From assembly GCF_000150275.1 (NCBI RefSeq), contig NW_002060949.1, positions 4,036,449-4,100,448 on the forward strand: 64,000 nucleotides of DNA, in the 5' to 3' direction. Both the position numbers and the translations under genes were made by a program. The notes under the pieces were generated by a model. The model had not been told where the DNA came from and did no database searches. It was given only the letters and a program-made list of their open reading frames with translations. The DNA comes from Trichoplax adhaerens (lineage: Eukaryota; Animalia; Placozoa). Shown piece by piece: positions 51,020 through 64,000 of the stretch (within the stretch, counting starts at the first letter, position 1; the number at the start of each line of letters is the position of its first letter).

Positions 51020-52411
51020 TTAGATACCCATAGTATGCAGGTAACTCATACTGATCGTTATTAAACACCACTGTATTATTCGAAAATCATTAATAACTAA
51101 CTAAGGTATGTATCCAATTTTAAGTTGATTAATTAGATAAAGTGCTTTACCTTAGCAAAGATAGTAGAATTATGAGCGGCGTAGAGTACATGAAACAACG
51201 GTTTGCGCCATTGCTAGCAGTACCAGGTGCTGTTGGGCATGCTTTTCCAATACAGAACGAATTTTTTCGTATTTCACTTTCACATTTAGGGTTATCTGTT
51301 ACTGGTATAACAGTACCTAATTCACCTATGTTGATACCTATTGGACATCTAACTCTATAACCCATATTAGTACCATTGCCGCAAGGAACACTACAAGCAT
51401 CGAAAATCCAAGCAGACCAAGGATTCCATCCTTAATAGTAGAGGCGATCAAATTAACAGCGATACTTAAATTTATAATAGAAAATAATCTTTACGAAGTT
51501 TTTAGATTACAATAACCATTTTAATATTTACCGGTTGCTGTCGGGGTTGTAGGCGTAGAAGCAGTAGCAGTAGCTGATTTAAAATAATGTTATAAAATTA
51601 ATAAAAGTTCGATATGCAAAATTTACGGCCAACTTGGTTTTGCCATTTAATATGAAGACTTACCAGTAGGTGTACTAGTGACTTGTGTCGTCATAGTAGC
51701 TGTGATTGCTAAAATTAAAATTGAAGATGAATTTAGTTAATAAAGCTGGGATATGCATAGAAAGTAATGGCTTCTTTTTAATTTATCCGTCTTAATAATC
51801 TTTCGATGATTAATACGGTTATGTTCACGATAGGTATAAATGAATTAAATAAGTAAAAAATTACTTCTTTTAATCAACTGCATGATATAGTTATTAAATA
51901 CAGACTTATTCAAGCAGTACTTGATAAATTATAATATACGCATAGTAAGATGTATAAATTACCTAGGCTGGATGTGGCCATTTCAACTTGAGAGGCTGAA
52001 GTAGAATAATACATACGGGGAAAAGAGGTTAGAACATAATGTAACATTTAAATAGTAATCCAATATTGTCGTATATCATATTTCTACATTTGCTGGTGTT
52101 TTATTTTTGACTAAGATAGGCTCTATTACACAATAACTATCCTATTTGATACCATGTTGAGTGTCAATTAATACGATATCGAATCAATTTTAGTCCAGAA
52201 TAAATAATGTTAGAATGGCAAATTTAACCCCTTCCGGATCATTCATTAGTCTTTATTACTCTTCCTACTAGAATTTTCCTTTTGCCTTGACATGTTGTAT
52301 CTCATAAGATTGGTTTATAGTTTTACTGATATTATAAGGAAAACAGGTACCATCCATATCGATGACCTTTAGCCATACTATTGCAATATGAAATACCCTC
52401 GTGGTATTCAT
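51020..52411 (-). CDS. Paralogous GPI-anchored Thr-rich protein with one TSR repeat
   Basis: Exons 52411-52351 (MNTTRVFHIAIVWLKVIDMD, a weak signal peptide and the least certain exon), ~51995-51963, ~51708-51664, ~51573-51532, 51430-51151 (GWNPWSAWIFDACSVPCGNGTNMGYRVRC..CESEIRKNSFCIGKAC..SNGANRCFMYSTPLIILLSLLS) and 51050-51020 (MSYLHTMGI*). Confidence 0.8.
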
Positions 52412-55000
52412 TAAATAACCTAACTACGCTACTAATCGTCTATAACATATAATTACAGCATTTGTAGTAGTTTATTTGCTACTTGCAAGCTTATTTTCTC
52501 CCATAATAGAAATACGCGTAAATCAGTTGAATATTTTTAAATTAATTTGAAAAAGAAAATGAAGGCTACAACGAAAAATAAAGTGCTTTCCCTATTCCGC
52601 CTGCCATATAAGTACGATACCAATTGACGAATTGTTTTCGTTGGGTATTTTTTCTTACCAATTAAGAATATTAATTATTGCTTTTTATCGTTCTTTCTCC
52701 GAGTTTTTTGACAATTGATTTATTTGCTATTATATGGTTAAAATCAGTAATTCAGAAATAATTTCAATTTCGCTATCAGTATATGTCGATAGCAGAATTC
52801 TACTATAGCAACTCATTACGGTATAATAAAGATTCAGTTCTGCTTTGCCATAATACTATGACTAGAAAATGGTTTTCCTCATTTCTTCGATCATTTATTA
52901 AATATAGCTCGACATAACTTCTACTAAAGAATACAGTAAAAATTTATGTTATTGATGTAAGATAGATAACTGTTTTAGCGCATTCTTGATGGTTGATATG
53001 ACTCCATGCCTTATATTAAAAATTTAGATCATCAACAATATACTGCAGTATACGCCCTTGCGTTCAATTTTTGCAACCTAATTTTTTCAATAATTTATTA
53101 ATCGTTACTTATAGAATATTTCATCAGTACGATTAAACATATTAGCCGTAGAGTAAGTGTTTTTCAGAAATTTTTAATGGTCAATCTATCACTACATCTT
53201 GCCTTCTAAATTGAATTCAGTTTCAATACACCAAATGATCCCATTTTTTTTGACGATAAATGGGAGTAAAACTGAACTTTAATAATGATTATAATTACTT
53301 AGAGCATGTTTGATCAGATATAATGCATCATCACATAATTGCCCTCCGAATTGCCTGTATGATGACATTTCATCGTAAGACAATATCAATGTTTTATCCT
53401 ATAATCTAAATAATATATAATCAATTCCGATCAATTCAATCAGGAATTGATCACAGAGTAGTTTACCGGTTCATATTAATTAATAATAACTCATTAAAAA
53501 ATCTTTTCTCTATGGGCTGTTTATCGCCTGTTTGTTTATAATGTATCAGTAAGAAAATAATAATTATGAATCATTTTCACTGGTATAATAAGTAAAAGGA
53601 AATTTGACCAACATATTTCAACGCCTAACGTGAAATCGATTGCTTTTGGGCTCTAAATATGATTCCTTCCATCATTACTATCTTACTATTGCAAAAAGCG
53701 AGTAAATCGATTCAAAATGATCCCTTTGAAATGATCTTAAAAATGTGCTATCAAATCGAATGCAAAAAGATACTTGCGGGCGTCTTGAGACATATCATTT
53801 TCACTGACTAAGATCTTTTTGTACTCAATTCACTTTTTGAATCATCCGTGAGTAGGAGTAAAAAATTTTTGAATGTTCGCCTTAAAACTCTTACATTGGG
53901 CCTTTAAAAGGTTACTTTTGAATCACTTTGCACGATAGATTATACAGTAAGTAAAATAGATCAATCAATGTCTTTACATACGAAACAGAGAAGAATTGAA
54001 TTCTTTATCCTGGCTCTATATTGTTTTATACTAGCGCATTTTTCAATTCCTATCTTCTTTTGACAACGGCAGATAATTACAGGTGAAATTTTTGGGGGCT
54101 CTAATACCGCATGAAATAGCCATTTTCAATGATTTCTGTTGCGTACACTGATGAAACAAGTATTCTAAAAGTAATCATTTTTATTCCTAGTTATCAATAT
54201 TATGATATTCCTTTTGATCTAGAGTAAAAAATTGTCTCCGAAATGGTTCCTTGTCGGATTCTATCTGTATCATTTATCATTTAAAAATTCTATTTTACTC
54301 GTGATGAGAAATGAATATTTAAGTCTATTCTATGTCTAATCCAAACAACTTTACCCTAGCTAACGGATAATTTGAATCCATTCGTTCCTTTACTAATAAA
54401 TATTCATATAGAAAATAAAAAAGTATTTCACACGGTTAAGGATAGAGTAAAGAAGAATATCAATTATGGCCGCTGGCACAATGTATTTCCTATAATTATC
54501 ACATCATGGAATGAAAAAGAAAAAATGTCTACCAATACTGCCTACCGAATCAACTCGATCAGCTATTGCTCCGTTTTCTCTTCTACTTAATATCTAGTAA
54601 TATCGCCTGCCGATTTAACTCGAACAATTATTGTTCTACTTTCTCATCTACTTTCCTATAGTGCATCGATTTGGCAAGCTAGTAATGTAGAAACAATCGT
54701 TTTCTATCTGACATTATTTTAAAACACTAAATTATCAATGATGGATAGACTGTTTCCTATTTTTCTAGTAGACAGTGTGTAACAATATATTTTCAATGGC
54801 TACGGTACTTTCGATAAGCAGTTGTGTCTATTCCTCTAGTGGAATGGATAAATCCGTTTTCTTGTCTAGCAGTTGTGACAATTCTATGACTTACATGAAA
54901 CAGTTTGACTTGGATCTAGCAACAACGATTAAGATTGTAGTCCAACTTGTCACTGAATTATCAATTTTCCGGCTTTTTTTTTCGCTCTTTATGACCGTTG

Positions 55001-55533
55001 TTATTGCCGTGGTTTGAACGGTATAAGATGCGGAAAATGGAAATGAAAATACAGCGCTTTGTAATAGCTTGTTGCTTTCACTTCAAACGTTTTATTTAAA
55101 CTAATTAAAGTCAGTTCAATTAATGTTCCTACTTTCATTTAAAGTAAAGAAAAATAAAGGAAGCAATAGCCCACGTTTATCATTAAAAATTATAAATTGA
55201 TTCAATTGGCCTGGCCGAATCATACATCGATGCAACAGTATCATCAATGACCTGTCCATGGAGAATAAACCCAACCTGGGAATGGATTTTTATTGGATAG
55301 ACTGACTCTCATGACTGCCATTAGATTTTCAAGTACTATAAATTGGCCGCCAATTAAGATTGAATCTAATTTGAACTCAATTTGTATCGGTAAAACTTAC
55401 TAATGGTTTCAGTTTCTTGAACATTATTTGATAGGAGGCTAAAAGACATTTCAAAACAGTTGATAGGCCGAATGGATACCATTGCCAACAACAAAATGGC
55501 TACCAAAGACATTGAAAGTTTAGTCGTCGTCAT
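55001..55533 (-). CDS. Orphan small secreted protein, ~106 aa (predicted exons 55533-55401, 55335-55276, 55128-55001)
   Basis: Clear signal peptide MTTTKLSMSLVAILLLAMVSIRPINC. A strong donor (gtaagt at 55400) and two phase-1 introns give an open frame to ...YFHFHFPHLIPFKPRQ*. The second donor (gttggg) is weak. Confidence 0.55.
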
Positions 55534-57339
55534 TCTGAATAAATTGTATTTCAAACTAAGTTCTTTTTCCTATTTATAATGCAAATACATAAGAGAAGAA
55601 ATCAATGAATAGCTGAAGCTATCTTGAATATTAAAGCAAAGAAAAGCGCAAAGGATAAGAAATAAAATTGTTTTACTATAGGTGCAAACAAAGTGAAAGT
55701 GGCAAGAAAGGAGAAGAAAAAAATAGATAATAGATTAAAACTATGATGCAAAATTGAAACGATCTGTAATAATTATAGCGTAGTATATCTAAAATACTAT
55801 CACAGTGATGATAAAATTCCGAAAATGATCATTACAAGCCTATCATAGCCTGCTATTCTGGTTCTGCGCTTTGCGTCACTTATCATTTTTTCACCAAAAT
55901 AAATTTATTGACATCTAAATTGAATAGCATGTTCAACTACTCAATCTCGTTACAAAATGGGTTTTCTTTAGGTAAGATTATTAATTCGCATACGCGGTAT
56001 AGAGATTTTACAAGTTCAGTGTAAAAGATACGATCATAAAATGGATAACGTACTAAGTAGGGGAAAAAGACATCTAATCACACGATAGTAATATATTAGA
56101 AGCTTCTCTTGAGGAACCTATTCTAAATAGAACGAAGATGAAAATTTGATAGTCCTTCTCTTCACACAAAAGCAATACTGGCAAAACAGTAGGGAAAGGG
56201 CAGAAGGACTAATTATTTGATTACTACTTTCGACGATGCGTTTTTCCAAGATTGTAGAATGAACTATTCTAAAGGTTGACACTGTCAACAGCAGCAAGAT
56301 TTGGAGTCAAACATAGAGTGGCGCGTTTGGATATAAAATATTTTAAAAATTGAAGAAAAGGAAATAACGGTATAAAATTCCTTATCCAATTTTACAGATT
56401 CAGTTTTGTTTTATCTGAATCTAGTTTTTCACTTGAAAATGAAAAATTGGATAACTAATATCATTGCAAATAAGAATCAATAATATGGAGTTAAAATAAG
56501 TTGGAAGCCAATGATTACTTTTTATCGAAATATACAATCTAGATCCAAATCGACTGGCTAGCTTACCTGTTCAAATGAGTGGAGAAAATCGACACCACAA
56601 ATGGAAAATAGATTTACAGTGAAAAAGTATAGATGGAACGAACTACGAAATATCAATAAGCAAATGAGAAAAAGTGACTGCAATACCTAAATGAATACCT
56701 TTGAGTAATGTTGACGTCATGTTTATTCCTGCAGTTGCCATGGCAGATAATAATATATTAAAATCTAATGATACCCAATAATTTCTCGACATCTGCTCAA
56801 TATTGACTGTTGTTGAATGAATAGCAATGAGGGCATTGATAGTCAAAGATGGCTGTTATTCGTCAATGTCACCATGATTGATCTATTCTAAATGAAAATG
56901 GCAACAATTGATTGGGTAATCAATCAAGATGAATTGTCTATTGACCAGAATCGATGCCTTTTTTGTATCATAATTTAAACAGTTATTACCTTATACTATT
57001 CTTTTGCATTAATCCTTCATTTTTAATTGAAATGAGGGGAGAAATAAACAATTCAATTCACCCATTCATCTACAATTCCTTAAAATAGTTATAGGCTTTT
57101 TCATCGATAGCATGACTAACTGATGAGAAGCCGAATCAACCTTCTTTCTCTTTCACTCCCTACTTTTTCCAATAATAAAAATGAAAAAGAGAATTCGGTA
57201 CTATATCATTATCTCGCTTTATAAAAGAGAGTCATCAATACTATTCAATAATCATGACTACCCATACATATACTGAAAAGCGATAGGTAGATTATCTATT
57301 TCATTTTCCCCCTCTCCTCTATCTCTATGATTCATCGGT

Positions 57340-57960
57340 GTGTGCCTAACTGATTAGCAAAAATAGTGGCCGATAAATTTAGTTTAAAAAATTACTATAT
57401 TAAGAACGACATTGTAGTTCATCAATATCATATAAACTAATAGAAACTAAAGCCCTACTTCAGTCTATTCATAAATACTCCTATCTTATGTCAATGAACC
57501 TATTTAATAGAGACGATAACCAAGTTTATTGGACTGTGGCTAACTGATTAGCAGAAGTAGTGGCTAATAAATTCAATGTAAAAAAATTACTATATTAAGA
57601 ACAACATTATTGTAAATTGATATCATGTAAAATAACAGCAATAAAACCTATTGCAATTTCTTTATAGAGGCTTCTATCCTATGTCAATTACCCTATTTAA
57701 TAGAGACGATAGTCAGACATTACTGTACATTGATATCAAGTAAACTAACAGAAATAAAACCTATTTCAATCTATTCATAAAGGCTCCTATCCAATGTTAA
57801 TTGACCTATTTAATAGAGACGATAGCTATCGGTGTACGGCTAACTAATTAGCAAAACAGTGGCCGTTAAATTAACGTAGAAATTGTTGTATTAGGAGAGA
57901 CAGTATCCTAGATTATCTTAGGCTTCAATCCTATGCCAATGAACCCATCTAATAGAGATG
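57340..57960. repeat. Diverged tandem repeat (3-4 partial units)
   Basis: ctaact(g/a)attagca..agtggc occurs x3 and cctatttaatagagacgata x3-4. Confidence 0.8.
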
Positions 57961-59031
57961 GTAGCCATTTTATCTATCCTAACATTGTAGAAAGTGCCTT
58001 CTAATATTCGTTTTGGCCTCGACTCTTGTCACTTTCTTCGACAATCGTGCTTATTGTGATCGAATCATTTTAAACTGAGGGCGTAAACAAACTGATATTG
58101 ACAATTCTGAAGTTTAAGATTTTATTTATCTTAGCACTATAACCGCCAAATTCCAACGTTACGCTACTATTGATTAAAAATAATCTCAATTTATGCTGTA
58201 GATAGATGTGTCTCAAATTTTCTACGACTCGACAGTGCTTGACTCTATTAATCTTGATATCATATTTGATATAATTAGAATAATGATGCCGTGAAATAAT
58301 AGATTCATCTCAAATTCTCTGTAGTTTGATAAGTTTTGAGTTCAGTAATCCTGATCTGCTAAACAATATAATCATAAATAAAGGTATTCACAATTAAGGC
58401 TACTTTAGATTCATGCCGTGGATACATCCGTCGAGAGTTTCCTACAGCATGATCAAGCTCGATTTCAATCTTGAAACCACAACCGGCCAAATCGACACTA
58501 AGACCAATATTGATCAAGCTATTCTGATTTTTGATATCGTATTTTCCAGTGTTTTGCTATTTCTTAGGACTAAATTTGACTTTAACGCTACAGAACACGG
58601 ATAAATGATTCCGGATTTATTCGTAATTTTTGGATGATTTTACATATTATTTTTTGATGCCTTTTTACTTCTGGACGAAAAGGAAATGCTATTAGCGTAT
58701 GTTTAGACACTATGTCTGTGTGTGGTTATTACTATAGATCGAATTGAAAATTTCGGTAGGTTCTAAAGTCTTCTTTTGGATGATATAAAGATATATTTTC
58801 AATCTTTACTAACATAGTGTAGTTTCAAGGCTACAGTTGCGCTACATCAGACGCTTCATGTTGATGCCTTCGATAGATTGATACCTTAGCGTGCGATTTA
58901 AAATTGCTAAAGATACATTCTGCTTCATTCTTAAATTCTTCACAAAATAAATAAATTATCTCGAAATTTTCAATTATACCGATGAGATAGTAGATACAAA
59001 TCAATTTTAACGTAAATTGAATTCCATAAAT

Positions 59032-59280
59032 TTAACTCTTTAGTGGCGAATGTAAAATGCCTCTGTTAAAATCGGATGGCATAGGAAGTAGCATATCAAT
59101 TATCATCTCCACCGTCATTTCGTAGTAAGTTATCCTACAAATATCTTGCTCTATTTTGAAACGTGCCACAAATTTATTGAATTTGAACTTCTCCATATCC
59201 AGGAAATGTACACTCTTAACATTGGAAAGGACCGAAAGTAGTGCTAAAAATAATATTAATTTCTGCGATCTAATACACAT
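59032..59280 (-). CDS. Orphan small secreted protein, 82-aa ORF, possibly spliced to an exon at 58937-58831
   Basis: Signal-peptide-like N-terminus MCIRSQKLILFLALLSVLSNVKS, followed by an amphipathic region. No family recognised. Confidence 0.5.
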   Translation of the reverse strand: MCIRSQKLILFLALLSVLSNVKSVHFLDMEKFKFNKFVARFKIEQDICRITYYEMTVEMIIDMLLPMPSDFNRGILHSPLKS

Positions 59281-62200
59281 CTTGCCTTATTTCTTATCGT
59301 ATTAAAGCCTCAGACATGACCCTACTTACCCAATAGTACAGCACGTTTTCATGTATTCTTAACTAATATTTACAACACTCCTCTTTTTACTAATTCTATT
59401 TCATAAACGAGATTGAAAAAAGGTTCATTGTCGAACTATCTACAGTTCAAAGACCACATATGGTATATCTTAACAGAATAAACTATATTGAAATTACGGC
59501 TGATTGGATCAATACCTTTCTTAATTTACTGTGAATCGTTTAGTTATATTCTGAGTTCCATAATTTAAATTTTTACACAGGTTAGAAAGTCAAAATTAAA
59601 CTGTGTAGATTTAGCTGCCTAAGCTATAAACTAATAGCGTATCAAAACCTTATTGCATATAAATTAGTGTAGTTCACTCCTATATTTAATTTTAGTGAAG
59701 CACTGAATAAGTAGAAATTAATAAAAAGTGTTATTTAATAATCATGTAAGTAATTCGGTACTTTACTATTGAAATCGACCCAGATTTAGCAGCTATAGTG
59801 AATTTCCAACGATTAACCATAAATATATAGAAGCTTCGGGTCGTTTAAATTCCATAGATAGGTCTGCTGATTGTAAATAAAATTACATTTTGTGTTTATA
59901 TGAAGTATTCGTGATATCTTTAATAGTACATGATGTAAGATGAAATGAATCATTAACTTATTTGTTTCATATACGTATATCTCAATATCTCATCTCCCAT
60001 TCATGATATCGCTATATAAAATGAAATTAGATCCTGCATTAACAGTATACCATCGGATACATTGCTAATAGTAACCTATTGGAAGAAATAAATGTATGTT
60101 TTCTTCCATGTCCATGCACTACATTCTGGAATAAATTCCTTACATCTCTCTGATGTTAGGTTTAGAGCTAGTAATGCTATCCTATGAGATGAAATACTTT
60201 AAAATCATTAATTATTTTATATTAATCGTTTCTGCGCATTTATTTTGCCTTTAATTAAATCTCGATAAATGTTTATAAAATAAAATTAATACCTCTTACT
60301 AACGTCCTACTTTTTCAGTGGTCAATATGACAGATAATACTATACTAGAACCTTTACGTAAACGATTTTAATAGCTGGAAAGCAATTAATAATAGATAGT
60401 TTTAGAGCTAAACTAGAATACGAATGAAGCTAACTTTATTTCTGCGGCAGTACTTAACATATACGTATATCAAGCGGATATGAAATTTTCATTATCTGCT
60501 ATCAACATATCAATAAAATACCTCTAATTTTATTACTAATGACTGATGTATCTTTGAGAAACAGAATATTTAAAATTACCTAAAAATTGTGAATACTTTC
60601 GTCATGCTTCATATTATCGTTACAATAAAACGGATTCTTTGTGTGTCCCACCTCAGAAACATTTGTGGTCTGTAGCTAGAGATATTATGAAACTGATTAA
60701 CACCCACTATTGAATGATTTACTTTATCCTCTTTTAGATATTATTGCAGATATGCTCGTTACTAACATCATAAGCTTATTGATATAAGCATACATATTTA
60801 GTATTTCTAGCTCAAAAATGGAAATCTCACTTTATCTACTAATAACTAACTGTAGTATGTACAAACTGCTTTGAGACTAATAAAATTTTTGATAGAGAAT
60901 TCTTAGTATTGTAGCTGATGGCTGATCCTGATCTCCATACGAATATTTAAAAGCATTTGTAATGCAGCTCCAAAAATAGCTTAAGACTAAGATCATAAAA
61001 TTATCCAAGAATAGATCGAATTGTACGTTAGATTGTAAGGTTGGGCTAGTAATTATTTCCAGATTATATTTACGGTACGTATTGTGGTCATAAATCGTTG
61101 ATTTCTGTTAGAGACAGTAGGCTGATTGAAGGTAGTTAGTATGACTTAACGAACTAATTTATGTAATAAAGTGAAATTTTACTGGACATCAAAGTTCTCA
61201 CAGAAATACTTTCAAGGCCTTATATCATAATATTCTTCACTCATTCTCAAATATCTTATATTGCATCATCCACATGCTCGGTCTACGTATAAGCTCATTG
61301 ATATCTTATGTACTATACAATGCACATATTTCTGGAAAAGTTTGAAGCAATGTATTCTTTGACTAATATTCCTATATGATACTTGATTCAGTCTATATGT
61401 AATGCGAATGATTTATCATTAGTAGCACTTATCGCGAATGTACTCTAATCAAATTTTTAACTCAAAGAAACTTTTAATATTACATTTTCAATATCCTCAT
61501 GCTGCATAAAATTTTAGATCGCTTCCCCTAGATGATAATATATCCATTCTCCAAACTATTTCAGATACGCGCTCATTAGTCACCTATTAATAATTTAGCA
61601 TCAATATTTCCTATCTGAAGTAGGATCAACGCAAATATCCTAATAAATACATTTTCAATATTTAATAAAACGGATCAAATATTAAGTAAGATGTTACTTC
61701 ATTTACTTTTGTTCTCAATACAATAACAATTCATTATCCTTCTTTTACTTTGTTTAATAAGATATTGATCTAAAAATAAAATATATCCAAAATATTATCA
61801 TCTTAATTAAACTATTAAGAATTAAATAGTAACAAGAGGTAACGCCTAGTTGATGTGATCGGTCAATTAAAATTATTCTACGAAATCAATTATTATGCAG
61901 CAACTAACAAAATAGAAAGTGCATTTATCGTATAATTTGAGTGGCATTGATGAGAAGTAGTACTAAATAACTAATGAACAATTTACACCGAATTTATCAC
62001 CTTACATTGAGCAATATTAATGAAGCGTAATGACAGATAACAATTAGCATGATGTATAAAAATAACACTAGGCGGAAAAATAATTTACTGCTTAATATTC
62101 AATAATGTTGATGAATAAGGATTGTAGACAACATACGCTGTATCGATATGCTGTTGAGTTAATATTTAACTATAATCATTATTTTCTATTCTAATCATAA

Positions 62201-64000
62201 AACTGTAACTAATATGTAAATGTAGATGTAAAGTATGATGGACTTACCGCCCAATACAGTATTAACTGTAGTAAGTGATGTTAATGTATGATAGTAGAAG
62301 ATAATATTGATCATAGAGCAGTATACGGAGTTAACTTGCCGTTTAATGTTAAGTAGTACATATATAAATCATATTTAGTAATCAATATTAAACAACAATA
62401 AGACACTTTCCAACAAAATTTGAATAATACTAATGGAATAAAATCATTTCCAACAAAGGGCAAGATGTAGAACTCACTTATAGTCGGACTTGGAGTAGTA
62501 TTGATACGATACGAATTTAGCAGGTACTAACGACTACTGTGATGTTCCCCACGAAATTTTTAAAAAATGCTAAAAGGAAATTATTCTATTGATATTAAAA
62601 ATTATAAAATATATTGAATTATTCAATAAATTGCCTGATACCCCACGATAACAAGTAGATATGTAATCAAAGAAAAGATTAGCCGCCAGGTAGGTAATTC
62701 TTCAAGATAGGCAGAAATAGACTAATAGTAGTCATTTGTGCTAGTTTTAATTAAAAGCAATTAGCATTAACTTTAATGATCAGACCTCGTGTAAATATAT
62801 TAGATTCATAATTATACACTATTTAAAATATCGAAATTTCATTGTAATAGGTGATTGCTTGTTACAGTGTTAAATACTGTATTACAGTAGAAATAACTAT
62901 GTTAGGATAATTCTGTTAGACTATCCTTATTTAGTTAACTTCTAATTTGGATATACTGTATTTTAATATAGCACTGACTTTTTATGACAGTGACACTTAT
63001 ACACATACTGAAATTATAATAGTTATAATAGGGAATGCAAATCATCTGCTTACAGTTCGAATCATTGTGATTGTAATTTACTTATGGTAGACTGTAAATT
63101 ATCATGGAAATGTTCCGTGATAGGACATATCGTAATCTGACTATTCTGTATTAGTCATTACATGTCTATGTTCGTAAATACTGTTGTCTGCATTAAGGGA
63201 GCAGTAGCTAAAATTAATATCTAATTCAGTAAATGATTCTAATGTTAATTGTATTAACTATGACTCATGAACTATTGAGGAATAGTATATAAATGCAGTA
63301 TATCGTGAAATAAAGAAGAATTGTCCAACTTAGTGTTTAACGTAAAATACGAGGCGTTTAAGTCTTTGTGTAGTCTGCTAGTAGAGCAAAAGTGTTTGCG
63401 ATAGTGCAGATATCGTTCCTTGATACGTGGTTCAAGGAATTGACTTATTGATCGTATATTGCGTTATCTTGTTGCAAAGCTGTTTTGTGACATTGCTATA
63501 TAATTAACATAACAAATTTCGATAGAAACAGAAATCATTCTTAAAGTAATTAGAAATTGTTTTAATGTCAACAATATCATAAAGCATTGTAAAGTATCAA
63601 TTAGTGATATCTAATATCGTAAAAATTATTTAATTAGATAATGAAGAAAATGTTAAATTTGTAATCATTCACAGTTTATAGTTTAAAAGATTTTGCTATA
63701 ATTGTTAATGATAGCATGTGCCATGACGTAAGACGCGAGAATAACAGTAAAAATTTAAGGGCTGATTATAAATTGTTTCTTATAAGTACTGTAAAACATT
63801 GATTACTAATCTAAAACTTATAAGAAGTTTAAAACTCCGAAACTGATCACATTGGTATTTTCATGTATTACTGTCTTCAATTTAATTATAAGTAAGTCTA
63901 TTTATAATATGCATAATTGCATCTATGTATTTATCATTAGTGCATTAGTTCGCTCAATTTTAAAGAAAAAGGATGCATTAGTAATTTATTTAACATCACA

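Overview
AT-rich, intron-dense eukaryotic (animal) genomic DNA with many introns of about 65-120 nt. The compact architecture and gene content suggest a placozoan such as Trichoplax; this is an inference and was not verified by search. The left half (about 5-33 kb) is a tightly packed block of housekeeping genes that I reconstructed exon by exon: RMC1/C18orf8 (+), LMBRD1 (-), a steroid 5-alpha-reductase-like gene (+), a 65-aa twin-CX9C COX23/CHCHD7 gene (-) that the ORF track does not recover in frame, EIF2S1/eIF2-alpha (+) and PREB/SEC12 (-). Their promoter regions carry islands of self-complementary CAGTA/TACTG pentamers. Palindrome-bearing 100-134 bp minisatellites sit in nearby promoter flanks or early introns. 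The right half is gene-sparse. It holds an intronless class A GPCR, a tail-to-tail pair of paralogous mucin/TSP1 genes with predicted GPI signals (one with a candidate 3-nt microexon), and two orphan small secreted-protein candidates. No rRNA, tRNA, CRISPR array or intact transposon was recognised. All coordinates and splice models are hand-derived.
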